The notes below the pieces were generated by a model that worked only from the letters and a program-made list of their open reading frames with translations, did no database searches and was not told the DNA's origin. From Candidatus Moraniibacteriota bacterium (GTDB lineage Bacteria > Patescibacteriota > Minisyncoccia > Moranbacterales > UBA2206), in NCBI GenBank assembly GCA_030645735.1, contig JAUSNP010000005.1, forward strand, positions 8,151 to 72,150: a stretch of 64,000 nt of DNA. The letters are read 5' to 3'. The position numbers and the translations under genes were made by a program. Below, one piece after another: positions 1 to 10,306 of the stretch. The stretch's first letter is position 1, and each line of letters starts with the position of its first letter.

Positions 1-25
1 TAAAATAAATTATAAAATTTATATT

Positions 26-2116
26 ATGGCAAGAACACATGCAATGGACCATCTAAGAAATATCGGAATCATCGCCCACATCGATGCCGGAAAAACAACA
101 ACGACTGAGCGCGTATTGTTTTACACTGGAATCACTCACAAGATTGGTGAGGTGCATGAAGGTGAAGCAACCATGGACTGGATGGAGCAAGAACGAGAAC
201 GAGGAATCACCATCACTTCAGCAGCAACAACTTGTTATTGGAAAGATTATCAAATCAACATCATTGACACCCCAGGTCACGTAGACTTCACTGTAGAGGT
301 GGAGCGTTCTTTGCGTGTCTTGGATGGTGGTGTAGTGGTTTTCGATGGAAAAGAAGGTGTGGAACCGCAATCAGAAACAGTTTGGCGACAAGCTGACAAA
401 TATGAAACACCTCGCATTTGTTTTATCAACAAGATTGACAAAGAAGGTGCTGATTTCTATTATTCTTTCAACACTATTGGTGAAAGATTGACTCCAAATG
501 CCGTGGCAATTCAAATTCCAATTGGAGAGCGTGGAGACTTTGCTGGTGTAGTCAACTTGATGAATATGAAAGCCTACACTTTTGACGGACAAATGGGCGA
601 GATCGTCATTGAAGGCGAAATCCCAGCTGAATATTTGGACAAAGCCAAGGAATGGCGAGAAAAGATGGTGGAAAAGATTGCCGAGAATGATGATGCTTTG
701 ACTGAAAAATATTTGAACGGTGAAGAAATTTCAACAGAAGAATTGAAAGCGGCTTTGCGACGTGAAGTGGTGGCTAACAAGATTTATCCTGTTTTGACTG
801 GAACTGCTCTTCGCAACAAAGGCGTGCAGTTGGTTTTGGATGCAGTGGTTGATTATCTGCCAAGTCCAATCGATGTGCCAGCTATCAAAGCAACTGAAGT
901 GGACAACCTAGAAAAAGAAATGGAAGTTTTACCACAAGACGATGCGCCATTTGCGGCTTTGGCTTTCAAAGTTGCAACTGACCCGTTCGTAGGACAAGTG
1001 ACATTCTTCCGAGTATATTCCGGAGTAGTTAAGGCTGGTTCATATGTTTTGAATTCAACCAAAGGTGAAAAAGAAAGAATCGGACGAATTTTGCGTATGC
1101 ATTCAAATCATCGTGAAGAAATTGAAGAATTACATGCAGGTGGAATCGGAGCATTGGTTGGTATGAAAAACACCACCACCGGAGACACTTTGTGTGATGT
1201 GGATCATCCAGTACTTTTGGAATCAATCACTTTCCCAGAACCCGTGATCTCAATTGCGATTGAACCAAAGACCAAGGCTGACCAAGAGAAGATGGGTTTT
1301 GCTCTTCGCAAATTGGCTGAAGAAGATCCAACTTTCAAAGTTCGAACTGATGAAGAAACCGGACAAACTATTATTGCTGGAATGGGTGAACTTCATTTGG
1401 ATATTATCGTGGATCGTATGAAACGCGAATTCAAAGTTGAAGCCAACATTGGTCAACCACAAGTAGCGTATCGTGAAACTATCAAGGTGGCGGCGCAAGC
1501 GGAAGGAAAATATATCAAGCAATCTGGAGGTCGTGGACAATATGGACATTGTTGGATGAAATTGGAACCACAAGAACCAGGCGTTGGATTTGAATTCGTT
1601 TCTGAAATCAAGGGTGGTGCTATCCCACAAGAATTCATCACTCCAATTGGCAAAGGTGCCAAGGATGCGATGGACAGTGGTGTGTTGGCTGGTTATCCAA
1701 TGGTGGATATCAAGGCGACAGTATACGACGGATCATTCCATGATGTTGACTCCTCTGAAGCAGCTTTCCGTATCGCTGGATCAATGGCGTTCAAAGAAGC
1801 CGCTCGAAGAGCTACTCCAGTTATCTTGGAACCAATCATGAAAGTGATCGCTATCACTCCAGAAAACTTCATGGGTGATGTAGTGGGAGACTTGAACTCA
1901 AAGCGAGGAATCATCCGAGAAATGAGCGATCGTGGAACTGGTGCATCTCGGGTGAAAATCATTGATGCTGAAGCTCCACTTTCATCTATGTTTGGTTATG
2001 CTACTCAGCTTCGCTCTATGACTCAAGGACGAGCCAACTACTCAATGGAATTCTCACACTATGCTGAAGTTCCAAAGAATGTAGCTGAAGAAATCATTAC
2101 TGGAAAAAAGAAATAG
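26..2116 (+). CDS. fusA: elongation factor G
   Basis: 696 aa; GTPase G1-G4 motifs ([18 protein letters not shown]), full-length EF-G domain architecture. Confidence 0.95.
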   Translation: MARTHAMDHLRNIGIIAHIDAGKTTTTERVLFYTGITHKIGEVHEGEATMDWMEQERERGITITSAATTCYWKDYQINIIDTPGHVDFTVEVERSLRVLDGGVVVFDGKEGVEPQSETVWRQADKYETPRICFINKIDKEGADFYYSFNTIGERLTPNAVAIQIPIGERGDFAGVVNLMNMKAYTFDGQMGEIVIEGEIPAEYLDKAKEWREKMVEKIAENDDALTEKYLNGEEISTEELKAALRREVVANKIYPVLTGTALRNKGVQLVLDAVVDYLPSPIDVPAIKATEVDNLEKEMEVLPQDDAPFAALAFKVATDPFVGQVTFFRVYSGVVKAGSYVLNSTKGEKERIGRILRMHSNHREEIEELHAGGIGALVGMKNTTTGDTLCDVDHPVLLESITFPEPVISIAIEPKTKADQEKMGFALRKLAEEDPTFKVRTDEETGQTIIAGMGELHLDIIVDRMKREFKVEANIGQPQVAYRETIKVAAQAEGKYIKQSGGRGQYGHCWMKLEPQEPGVGFEFVSEIKGGAIPQEFITPIGKGAKDAMDSGVLAGYPMVDIKATVYDGSFHDVDSSEAAFRIAGSMAFKEAARRATPVILEPIMKVIAITPENFMGDVVGDLNSKRGIIREMSDRGTGASRVKIIDAEAPLSSMFGYATQLRSMTQGRANYSMEFSHYAEVPKNVAEEIITGKKK

Positions 2117-2167
2117 ATTTACTTTAGAATAAAAAACGACTCCGTAAATGGGGTCGTTTTTGTTTCC
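2074..2167 (+). repeat. direct repeat copy 1 (fusA 3' end plus terminator)
   Basis: ~92 bp repeated at 3712-3803 with ~88% identity (gaatgtagcYgaagaaatcattactggaaaaaagaaata ... actccgt ... tggggtcgtttttgtt). Confidence 0.8.
2128..2165 (+). terminator. rho-independent terminator after fusA
   Basis: hairpin aaaaaCGACtCCgtaaatGGgGTCGttttt followed by a T-run. Confidence 0.6.
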
Positions 2168-2249
2168 AAATAAGGGTGTTTGCATACAAAGTGTTTGTTT
2201 GATATGATTTCTGTGTAATTTATTAATAAATTAATTTTTTGTAAAAATT

Positions 2250-2807
2250 ATGAAAAAGGGACTTATAACTATAATAGCTGTTGCGGTCATAGTTACCGGG
2301 TATGTTTGGATGACATACAATAAGCTTATTGCGACTAATGAAGCTATTGATAATCAATGGGCGCAAGTTGAGACACAATATCAAAGACGCATAGATTTAA
2401 TTCCGAACTTAGTAGAATCTGTTAAGGGTGTGATGGTGCAGGAACAAAAAATATTTGGAGATTTGGCAGAGGCAAGAAGTCATTATGCGGGAGCAACTGA
2501 CTCAAATCAAAAAGCTGAGGCAGCCACTCAGATAGATGGGGCGTTATCAAGACTTTTGGCAATCATGGAAAACTATCCACAACTAAAATCAGCTGACAAT
2601 GTGCAAACTTTGATGGCACAATTGGAGGGCACAGAAAATCGAATCAGTGTTGAAAGAAAAAAATATAATGACAATGTGAACAGTTTCAATGTGATGATCA
2701 AACAAATTCCTGCCAAATGGATAGCATCTTCTCTTGGGTTTTCAGAGAAGAATTATTTTGAAGCTGTGAAAGGATCAGAAAATACCCCAGTGGTTAATTT
2801 GAAATAG
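2250..2807 (+). CDS. LemA family protein
   Basis: 185 aa; N-terminal TM helix then LemA-like sequence (YNKLIATNEAIDNQWAQVETQYQRRIDLIPNLVE). Confidence 0.85.
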   Translation: MKKGLITIIAVAVIVTGYVWMTYNKLIATNEAIDNQWAQVETQYQRRIDLIPNLVESVKGVMVQEQKIFGDLAEARSHYAGATDSNQKAEAATQIDGALSRLLAIMENYPQLKSADNVQTLMAQLEGTENRISVERKKYNDNVNSFNVMIKQIPAKWIASSLGFSEKNYFEAVKGSENTPVVNLK

Positions 2808-3704
2808 ATGAATCGGTCAGCAATCAAATATCTTCTTGTTTTTATCTGCCTGCTTTTTGCTTTTTCAGCAAAAGCTTATTACGATCCTGGAAAGCCAGAG
2901 GGATTTGTTAATGATTTCGCAAACATCTTAATAATAGAAGAAAAAAATATCTTAGAGAGTAAACTTTCGCAATTTGAAAAAAATTCGACCAACGAAATTT
3001 CGGTAATTACAATCAATGATTTGCAGGGAGATACAATTGAAAATTTTGCCAATCAACTTCATAACGAGTGGGGAATTGGCAAGAAGGGAAAGGACAATGG
3101 TATTTTAGTCTTTGTGGCAATCCAGGATAGAAAAATGAGGATAGAAGTGGGATATGGTCTAGAAGGTTCAGTAACCGATGCTCAAGCCAGTTGGATAATT
3201 TCAGATGTAATGCGCCCAGCTTTTCAACAGGGTAAATATTTCCAGGGCATAGATGGAGCGACTAATAAAATAATCGCAGCTATTGATGGAGAGATTCTTC
3301 CAGCGCAATCAAATCAATCTTCAAAAAATAATCCATCTGCATATAAAGAGGAGAACATAATTTTAATTTTTTGGATGATAGGTTTGTTTTTTGTGTGGTT
3401 TGCCAGTCTATTAGCCAGGAGTAAATCATGGTGGCTAGGTGGAATTGTCGGTGGTTTTATGGGATTTATATTTGGTTCATTTACAGAATCAATATTGATG
3501 ACAAGTATTATGACTGTATCCATGATAATACTTGGCTTAGTATTTGATTATTTTATTTCCAAAGCTTATACAAATGGAAAAAAAGCAGGGCATATTCCGT
3601 GGTGGGCAGGCGGTGGAAATAGCTCATCAGGTGGTTTCGGTGGTGGCTTTGGTGGTTTTGGAGGCGGAAGTTCTGGCGGCGGAGGTGCGAGTGGCGGATG
3701 GTAG
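2808..3704 (+). CDS. TPM (YgcG-like) domain protein with C-terminal TM helices and Gly-rich tail
   Basis: 298 aa; signal peptide; TPM_phosphatase-like region (GILVFVAIQDRKMRIEVGYGLEG); GGFGGGFGG tail; LemA-TPM pairing is a common operon. Confidence 0.8.
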   Translation: MNRSAIKYLLVFICLLFAFSAKAYYDPGKPEGFVNDFANILIIEEKNILESKLSQFEKNSTNEISVITINDLQGDTIENFANQLHNEWGIGKKGKDNGILVFVAIQDRKMRIEVGYGLEGSVTDAQASWIISDVMRPAFQQGKYFQGIDGATNKIIAAIDGEILPAQSNQSSKNNPSAYKEENIILIFWMIGLFFVWFASLLARSKSWWLGGIVGGFMGFIFGSFTESILMTSIMTVSMIILGLVFDYFISKAYTNGKKAGHIPWWAGGGNSSSGGFGGGFGGFGGGSSGGGGASGGW

Positions 3705-3711
3705 GAATTTG

Positions 3712-3803
3712 AAGAATGTAGCCGAAGAAATCATTACTGGAAAAAAGAAATAATCTACTTTGCGATAAAAAACCACTCCGTGATTGGGGTCGTTTTTGTT
3801 TAT
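3712..3803 (+). repeat. direct repeat copy 2 (duplicated fusA 3' end plus terminator)
   Basis: would encode ...[12 protein letters not shown], identical to the EF-G C-terminus, followed by the same terminator hairpin. Confidence 0.8.
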
Positions 3804-3805
3804 TT

Positions 3806-3870
3806 GAAGTTATCCACAGGGCAGGGTATTGACAGTGATAATGATAGTGATAAAATATCATCAAGGAGGT
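3806..3870 (+). promoter_or_regulatory. promoter element with upstream TTATCCACAG box (copy 1)
   Basis: aGTTATCCACAGg, 9 nt, TTGACA, 17 nt, TAAAAT; similar ~60-bp elements at 8420 and 19903; box alone at 22880. Confidence 0.5.
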
Positions 3871-3903
3871 CTGCAGAACTCCCACGTAATAATTTAATAA
3901 CTG

Positions 3904-4185
3904 ATGCTTGAGGCATCGGTCAAAAACAAAATGGAACAACAACAAAACGCACAGAACACTGTGCAGGTGCAGCAGGACAAAGTTTTCTCGCAGATGGCGA
4001 AAGCCGGAGGCAAAACCTATTTCTTCGATGTGAAGAAAGCCAGCAATGGAACAAACTATTTGACCATTGCGGAGTCCTACAAAAAACAAACCGGTGCAAA
4101 AGTGGTCAACCGTCTGCTGATTTTCAAAGATCATTTGGCTTCGTTCATCGGCGCCTTGGAAGAAACGAAACAATATCTGCAATAG
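3904..4185 (+). CDS. DUF3276 / Pur-alpha-like nucleic-acid-binding protein
   Basis: 93 aa; KTYFFDVKKASNGTNYLTIAESYKK matches the bacterial Pur-alpha-like repeat. Confidence 0.55.
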   Translation: MLEASVKNKMEQQQNAQNTVQVQQDKVFSQMAKAGGKTYFFDVKKASNGTNYLTIAESYKKQTGAKVVNRLLIFKDHLASFIGALEETKQYLQ

Positions 4186-4261
4186 CTGAAATTTTCGCGG
4201 ACTGTTTGCGCAATGTAGACAGTCCGCTTATGATTAGATAATAGATAAATTAGTTAAAAAT

Positions 4262-5086
4262 ATGAACAATGAAAATAAAAATAACTTAATGATTTTTGAA
4301 AATAAAGAAGTTCGGCATATTTGGCATAATGGCGAGTTGTTTTTTTCAGTGGTAGATATTGTGGAAGTGCTATCAGAAAGCCCACACCCAAGGCAATATT
4401 GGGAAAAAGTAAAACAGAGAGAATTTATTGAGATTGAAGTGTCCCCAATTTGGGTACAGTTGAAATTAGAAGCATCTGATAGGAAGCTTAGGCTTACAGA
4501 TTGTGTAAATACGGAAAATGCTCTTCGCCTAATTCAATCAATACCGAGCAAGAAGGCTGAGCCTTTTAAGCTGTGGTTAGCAAAAGTCGGGCATGATCGT
4601 ATCAAGGAAATCGAAAATCCTGAATTGGCAGCCAATCGCGCTCGTGAAATTTATCGTACCAAGGGTTATCCAGAGGGCTGGATTGAAAAGCGAATGCGGG
4701 GAATTGAAGTGCGGGAGACATTGACCAGTGAATGGAAAGGTCGAGGGGCAAAAGAGGGAGTAGAATATGCAATTCTAACTAATGAAATTTTGCATGGAAC
4801 TTTTGACATGACTGCTGAAGATTATAAAAAATTTAAAGGATTGAGGCGTGAAAATTTGCGTGATCATATGGATGATCTGGAGCTTATTTTGACAATGTTA
4901 GGCGAAGCGACAACCACCAGAATCCATAAGGATAGGGACTCAAGAGGTTTTGAAAAGTTGAAGGGCGATGCTAAGGAGGGTGGAGCGGTGGCGGGCAGAA
5001 CAAGAGAAGATATAGAAAAAAGAACCGGTAAAAATATTTCTACAAAAAATAATTTTTTAAGCTTGAAGCAAGAGAATATTGTATGA
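4262..5086 (+). CDS. Bro-N / DinD-like phage antirepressor-family protein
   Basis: 274 aa; N-terminal Bro-N-like block (FENKEVRHIWHNGELFFSVVDIVEVL). Confidence 0.55.
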   Translation: MNNENKNNLMIFENKEVRHIWHNGELFFSVVDIVEVLSESPHPRQYWEKVKQREFIEIEVSPIWVQLKLEASDRKLRLTDCVNTENALRLIQSIPSKKAEPFKLWLAKVGHDRIKEIENPELAANRAREIYRTKGYPEGWIEKRMRGIEVRETLTSEWKGRGAKEGVEYAILTNEILHGTFDMTAEDYKKFKGLRRENLRDHMDDLELILTMLGEATTTRIHKDRDSRGFEKLKGDAKEGGAVAGRTREDIEKRTGKNISTKNNFLSLKQENIV

Positions 5087-5182
5087 TGAATTTTTTTGTA
5101 GCCATTGCCAAATTTGGCAATAGACGAAAGGCTTAAATAATGGGTAGAAAATTTTATAAATAAAAATTATACACAAACAAAA

Positions 5183-6805
5183 ATGCTCGAAAAAAATCTA
5201 GAAAAATATTTCAAATTCTCGCAGTTTCGCGCGGGACAGAAAGAAATCATTGAAAGTATTTTGGCTGGCTCGGATGTGGTGGCCTTGATGCCTACGGGTG
5301 GTGGCAAATCTTTGTGCTATCAATTGCCAGCAATTTTGAGTGAGCGCATCACCATTGTCATTTCACCGCTCATTGCGCTCATGAAAGATCAGGTGGACAG
5401 TTTGTTGGCCCGAGGCATTCCCGCCACTTTCATCAACAGTTCTTTGACGCCAGCTGAATTGGAGCAACGCTTACATGATTTGCGTGCCGGCAAAACCAAG
5501 ATTTTATACGTCGCACCTGAGCGTTTTGCCAGCGCTGAGTTTCGCCAGATTTTTGCTGATCTAGATATTTCTTTGTTTGCGGTGGACGAAGCGCATTGTG
5601 TGTCGCAATGGGGACATGATTTTCGACCAGACTATTTGGAAATTGGCAGATATATCAAAACTTTGAAAAAGCGTCCGACGGTGGCCGCTTTCACCGCCAC
5701 CGCCACGCCCGAAGTGGCACAGGACATTATGGTGCGCTTGGATTTGCAAGCGCCGAAAGTTTTCATCCGCGGTTTTGATCGACCCAACATCAAATTCTTT
5801 TCGCAATGTGATTTGAAACCCACGCAACGCTTGGAAGAAGTTTTGCGCATCGTGAAATCCTTGAAAGGGGCGGGCTCAGGCATTGTCTATGCCATCTCGC
5901 GCAAAGACACGGAAGCCATTGCTAAATATTTGAAAAAAGAAGGGATAACAGCTCGGGCCTATCATGCGGGCATGAACGCTGTTGCGCGTGAGAAAATTCA
6001 AAATGATTTCATGGAAAATCGTTTCAAGGTGATTGTGGCCACCGTGGCTTTTGGCATGGGTGTGGACAAAGCCGACATTCGCTTTGTGATTCATTGCGGC
6101 ATGCCCGGCAGTTTAGAAGGCTACTATCAAGAAGCGGGTCGTGCCGGACGCGATGGTGAGCCAGCTTTTTGCGTGTTGTTGCATGGCAAACGCGACGTGA
6201 CCGCGCACAAATTCTTCATTCGCATCGACAAGCAAAATATGCTCGCGCAAGGCAAGAGTTTACAAGAAGTGAATCAGGTACTCGACATCAAATATGCGCG
6301 CTTAGACGGCATCCTAGACTACGCCACAGCCAAGCGTTGTCGGCGTCGCATCATTTTGGAATATTTCAATGATCCGGATTTGCATAAACAGGAAGCTAAT
6401 TGCAAAGGCTGTGATGTGTGTTTGAATTGGAAAAACACTGAACTCAAAAAAACTGCCCACAGTCCGCGCATAGCCAGAAACAAAGATGAGTTGAGTGACA
6501 CCATCATGGAAACCGTGAATTTGTATCAACAAGACTATCTACCCGAGCAAATTGCCAAGATGCGCAGTTTGGGCGTCAGCACTATTTTCAACCATTTGGT
6601 GTTGTGGTATCTGGCGGGTGGGGAATTGGTCATTGAAAAATTTGTGAGTGCAGAGGAAGAGCAACAAATCTTGCAAGCTTTGCCGCAAGCGGGCAGCGCG
6701 CATTTTTTGAGCGCCATCAAGGCTCAATTGCCAGAAAACATCAGCTATGAGCAGATCCGTTTGATCATCGCCAAACGGCAAAAAATGAAAGCTGATAGAC
6801 ATTAG
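5183..6805 (+). CDS. recQ: ATP-dependent DNA helicase RecQ
   Basis: 540 aa; helicase motifs ([28 protein letters not shown]) and RecQ-C zinc-binding cysteines. Confidence 0.9.
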   Translation: MLEKNLEKYFKFSQFRAGQKEIIESILAGSDVVALMPTGGGKSLCYQLPAILSERITIVISPLIALMKDQVDSLLARGIPATFINSSLTPAELEQRLHDLRAGKTKILYVAPERFASAEFRQIFADLDISLFAVDEAHCVSQWGHDFRPDYLEIGRYIKTLKKRPTVAAFTATATPEVAQDIMVRLDLQAPKVFIRGFDRPNIKFFSQCDLKPTQRLEEVLRIVKSLKGAGSGIVYAISRKDTEAIAKYLKKEGITARAYHAGMNAVAREKIQNDFMENRFKVIVATVAFGMGVDKADIRFVIHCGMPGSLEGYYQEAGRAGRDGEPAFCVLLHGKRDVTAHKFFIRIDKQNMLAQGKSLQEVNQVLDIKYARLDGILDYATAKRCRRRIILEYFNDPDLHKQEANCKGCDVCLNWKNTELKKTAHSPRIARNKDELSDTIMETVNLYQQDYLPEQIAKMRSLGVSTIFNHLVLWYLAGGELVIEKFVSAEEEQQILQALPQAGSAHFLSAIKAQLPENISYEQIRLIIAKRQKMKADRH

Positions 6806-6861
6806 ACGAGAGAGCGGATTTGACCTAAAATAGAGATATAAATATTAATTTTTATAAAACT

Positions 6862-7362
6862 ATGAGTACACAAGAAAATTTGATGGCTGCCTTTGCGGGT
6901 GAGTCGCAAGCCAATCGCAAATATTTAGCTTTTGCCAAACAAGCCAAACAAGAAGGCAAAGACAATTTGGCCAGACTTTTCCGTGCCACAGCCGACGGAG
7001 AAACTGTGCACGCACTCAATCATTTGCATGTGGCAGGAGGAGTCAAAACTTCAGTTGAAAATTTGCAAGCTGCCATTTCGGGCGAGACTTATGAATTTGA
7101 AACAATGTATCCAGAATTTTTGCAAACAGCGGAAGCGGAAGGAAATGGTCCAGCTAAAATCACTTTTGGTGGGGCGATGAAGGTGGAAAGAGAACATCAA
7201 GGATTCTACAGTGCGGCTTTGGAAAAAGTGGCAACTGGCACTGATATCGATGAAACCAAATATTTTGTCTGCCAAGTTTGCGGACACTTGCATGAAATTG
7301 AAGCCCCAGAAAAATGTCCGGTCTGTGGCGCACCGAAAGAGAAGTTCAAAGAAATTGCCTAA
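6862..7362 (+). CDS. rbr: rubrerythrin
   Basis: 166 aa; ferritin-like di-iron motifs plus C-terminal rubredoxin CxxC...CxxC (CQVCGH...CPVCG). Confidence 0.9.
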   Translation: MSTQENLMAAFAGESQANRKYLAFAKQAKQEGKDNLARLFRATADGETVHALNHLHVAGGVKTSVENLQAAISGETYEFETMYPEFLQTAEAEGNGPAKITFGGAMKVEREHQGFYSAALEKVATGTDIDETKYFVCQVCGHLHEIEAPEKCPVCGAPKEKFKEIA

Positions 7363-7368
7363 AAAAAT

Positions 7369-7836
7369 ATGGCGAAAGAAATAGATGTATATCAAATTTC
7401 CTTGAAAGCAATCTTGAGAAATCGAGATGGCAAGGTTTTGATTTTGAAAGTGCCATCAACTTGGGGTGCATTTGTTGGGTTTTATGATTTGCCTGGTGGG
7501 AGAGTTGATGAGGATGAATTCACAGTCCCTTTTTCGGAAGTTCTCATGCGAGAAATTCAGGAAGAGGTTGGCAATATTGAAGTGAAGCTAGGCGATGCTC
7601 CAGTTGCAGCTGGCAGACATAGTCTTCCTGCAGAGCAAATGAAAACAGAAAAAGACATTCACATTCTTTATGTTTTCTATGAGGCCGAAATGGTGAGTGG
7701 AGAAATTGAAGTGGGAGATGAGCATGCCGGTTTTGAGTGGGTTGATCTAACTGAGATAGTTTTGGAAAAATATTTCTTCTCTGGTATTTTGGAGGGTATG
7801 CAAATGTATTTGGAAGCGCAGAATAATAAGAAATAA
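7369..7836 (+). CDS. NUDIX hydrolase
   Basis: 155 aa; Nudix box GGRVDEDEF...REIQEEVG. Confidence 0.8.
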   Translation: MAKEIDVYQISLKAILRNRDGKVLILKVPSTWGAFVGFYDLPGGRVDEDEFTVPFSEVLMREIQEEVGNIEVKLGDAPVAAGRHSLPAEQMKTEKDIHILYVFYEAEMVSGEIEVGDEHAGFEWVDLTEIVLEKYFFSGILEGMQMYLEAQNNKK

Positions 7837-7842
7837 CAAAAA

Positions 7843-8124
7843 ATGAACAATCAAACTTTGGGACTGCTAGCTTTTTTCGCAATCGTGAATGTGTTGGCTT
7901 TTGTGATCATGCTGTGGGACAAGATGCAATCACGGAAAAAAGACGCTGAACGAATTTCTGAGGGCATGTTGTTTTTTATGGCCACCATTTTTGGTAGTGT
8001 CGGCGTGTTGGCCGGCATGTTTGCTTTTCGACACAAAACCCAGAAATGGTATTTTCTGATGGGCATTCCAATGCTTATCGCAGAAAATTGCGCACTGCTC
8101 TATTTGATATACGAAAAAATCTAA
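7843..8124 (+). CDS. DUF1294 membrane protein
   Basis: 93 aa; MLWDKMQSRKKDAERISE...FRHKTQKWYF pattern typical of DUF1294. Confidence 0.55.
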   Translation: MNNQTLGLLAFFAIVNVLAFVIMLWDKMQSRKKDAERISEGMLFFMATIFGSVGVLAGMFAFRHKTQKWYFLMGIPMLIAENCALLYLIYEKI

Positions 8125-8136
8125 AGACAATTTTTT

Positions 8137-8418
8137 ATGTATTTTCTCTACATTTTGCAATGCGCTGACAAAAGCTTCTATACTGGCATCACCACGGATG
8201 TGGCGCGGCGCATCGAAGAGCACAACACTTCCGAACTAGGTGCGCGCTACACGCGTGGGCGCCGGCCGTGCAAAGTTGTTTTCATCAAAGAGTTTGCCAA
8301 TCGTTCCACTGCTTCCATCGAAGAAGCGCATGTGAAAGCCCTGTCACGTGCCAAGAAAACAGAACTCATCAAAAAGCATCATCGTTTCACCAAAGCGCAT
8401 TTGCATGACATGTTTTAG
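8137..8418 (+). CDS. GIY-YIG nuclease-family protein (YhbQ/UPF0213-like)
   Basis: 93 aa; FYLYILQCADKSFYTGITTDVARRIEEHN matches the small GIY-YIG family. Confidence 0.75.
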   Translation: MYFLYILQCADKSFYTGITTDVARRIEEHNTSELGARYTRGRRPCKVVFIKEFANRSTASIEEAHVKALSRAKKTELIKKHHRFTKAHLHDMF

Positions 8419-8419
8419 G

Positions 8420-8480
8420 GTGGTCAAGTTATCCACAGAGCAAAACATGACAATAATTTATTATAGTGTTATAATATCAC
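8420..8480 (+). promoter_or_regulatory. promoter element with TTATCCACAG box (copy 2)
   Basis: aGTTATCCACAGa ... TGACAA ... TATAAT upstream of the DinD-like gene. Confidence 0.5.
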
Positions 8481-8503
8481 TATAATCAAATAAGTCATAA
8501 AAT

Positions 8504-9355
8504 ATGGAAAAACAAATAATAACAAAGCTGCACAAGGATTTCGAAAATTGCGCTCATGAAGAAAACGGCGTTGAATTTTGGTATGCTAGGGAATTGCAAA
8601 ATTTACTTGGATATGAGAAGTGGGGCAACTTCGAGGGGGTTATTGAAAAGGCAAAAATAGCTTGTGAAAAGGCCAAGCAAAAAGTTGCTGACCATTTTGC
8701 CGGCGTCGGCAAAATGGTTGATTTGGGCTCGGGCAGTAAGCGAGAAGTTTCGGATATTATGCTCACTCGCTACGCTTGTTATTTGATTGCGCAAAATGGT
8801 GATCCGCGTAAAGATGAAATTGCTTTTGCGATGACATACTTTGCAGTGCAAACCAGAAAGCAAGAAATCGTCGAAGAAAGATTGGCACAATGGGATCGAT
8901 TGCAAGCACGAGAAAAATTGTCACTTTCAGAAAAAGAGCTTTCTGGAATTTTGTTTGAACGTGGCGTGGACAATCAAGGCTTTGCACGCATTCGTAGCAA
9001 GGGAGACGCGGCCTTGTTTGGTGGCTACACAACTCAGGACATGAAAAATCGTTTAGGCGTGCCAGACAAAAGACCGTTAGCAGATTTTTTGCCATCCGTG
9101 ACAATCAAAGCGAAAGACTTGGCCAATGAAATCACCAATCACAATGTCAAAAAAGATCAGGCGCTTCAAGGTGAAATAGTCATCACACATGAACATGTGA
9201 AAAACAATCGAGATGTGCGCAGTCTGTTGGCAAAGAACGACATCTATCCAGAAAATTTGCCACCCGCAGAAGATACTAAAAAATTAGAACGAAAATTGAA
9301 ATCAGAAAACAAAAAATTGCCTAAAGTGGTGAAGAAATTGAAAAGTAAAAAATAA
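8504..9355 (+). CDS. dinD: DNA-damage-inducible protein D-like (Bro-N family)
   Basis: 283 aa; FWYARELQNLLGYEKW ... RYACYLIAQNGDP closely matches E. coli DinD. Confidence 0.75.
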   Translation: MEKQIITKLHKDFENCAHEENGVEFWYARELQNLLGYEKWGNFEGVIEKAKIACEKAKQKVADHFAGVGKMVDLGSGSKREVSDIMLTRYACYLIAQNGDPRKDEIAFAMTYFAVQTRKQEIVEERLAQWDRLQAREKLSLSEKELSGILFERGVDNQGFARIRSKGDAALFGGYTTQDMKNRLGVPDKRPLADFLPSVTIKAKDLANEITNHNVKKDQALQGEIVITHEHVKNNRDVRSLLAKNDIYPENLPPAEDTKKLERKLKSENKKLPKVVKKLKSKK

Positions 9356-9365
9356 GTTTAAAAAT

Positions 9366-10100
9366 ATGGAAAAAGAATTTAGGATCAAGGCGAAGGATGG
9401 CAAACAGATATATTGCAAGTTGCGCGGGTCATTGGAAAAACCGGTCATTGTTTTTGTGCATGGTTTCACTGGCCACATGGACGAACATCTTTTCTACAAC
9501 GCCGCGCGTTTTTTTGAGAAAAAAGGTTTCGCCAGCTTGCGTTTCAATCTCTATGGTGACCAAGATGACGCGCGCAAATTGCATGAGTGTGATTTGCAAA
9601 CCCACGCAGCTGATTTGGATCGTGTGGTGAGCTATCTCAAAAAGAAAAAAGCCCAAGACATTTTCGCCGTCGGACACAGCTATGGCGGACCGACAATCTT
9701 CTTGTCAGACACCAAAAACTACAGAGCGCTGGTTTTGTGGGACGCCAGTTTTCATTTCAAAGCGCTTTTCAAAAACAAAGAATATTCCAAAGAATTGAAA
9801 GGCTTTTGCAAAGAGTGGGCTTTCAAATTTTTCATCGGCCAAAAGTTTGTGACTGAAGCTGAAAAATTGGAAAAAACATTTTGGCAAACAGTTTCTCAAA
9901 ACAAGGCGCCAACCAAAGTTGTATTGACCGAAAATGGCAATGCGCGCTCACCACTCAAGAAAGATTTTTTCACTGCCTTGAACGAGCCGAAAGAAATGCT
10001 AGAAATGAAAAAAACCGGCCACACTTTCAGCGAAGACACCGCCGCCGAAAAACTTTTCCAAGAGACTTTGAAATGGCTAAGGAAGTTTGGCAAAAAATAA
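9366..10100 (+). CDS. alpha/beta hydrolase
   Basis: 244 aa; VFVHGFTGHMDE and nucleophile elbow GHSYGG. Confidence 0.7.
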   Translation: MEKEFRIKAKDGKQIYCKLRGSLEKPVIVFVHGFTGHMDEHLFYNAARFFEKKGFASLRFNLYGDQDDARKLHECDLQTHAADLDRVVSYLKKKKAQDIFAVGHSYGGPTIFLSDTKNYRALVLWDASFHFKALFKNKEYSKELKGFCKEWAFKFFIGQKFVTEAEKLEKTFWQTVSQNKAPTKVVLTENGNARSPLKKDFFTALNEPKEMLEMKKTGHTFSEDTAAEKLFQETLKWLRKFGKK

Positions 10101-10306
10101 CTCATTGCAAAATATTTTTTCAATGCATCGTTTATTCCAATACTAACTCATGGCATTTGCTTTTCGAGCATTCTTTGCTACAATAAAAAACCTGCTTTAG
10201 GCGGGTGATTTGTACTTTTATATATGCGATCGAGGGCTCTTAGTTTGAGCAAAAGCTGTTGCCAATGGTGGCGAATAAACAGGTGAAAACGAGGAGGAGG
10301 AAAGCG

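Noticed and set aside
84-2000. Several 60-130-aa ORFs on both strands inside fusA
   Set aside because: All are embedded in the EF-G coding region in alternative frames. Spurious.
3544-3753. 69-aa ORF ending in ...[12 protein letters not shown]
   Set aside because: It is an out-of-frame read through the TPM gene's Gly-rich 3' end into the duplicated fusA tail. It is an artefact of the direct repeat, not a gene.
3553-4182. 209-aa minus-strand ORF across the repeat, promoter and Pur-alpha gene
   Set aside because: Antisense to a well-supported gene and promoter. Low-complexity His/Phe/Leu-rich translation with no homology.
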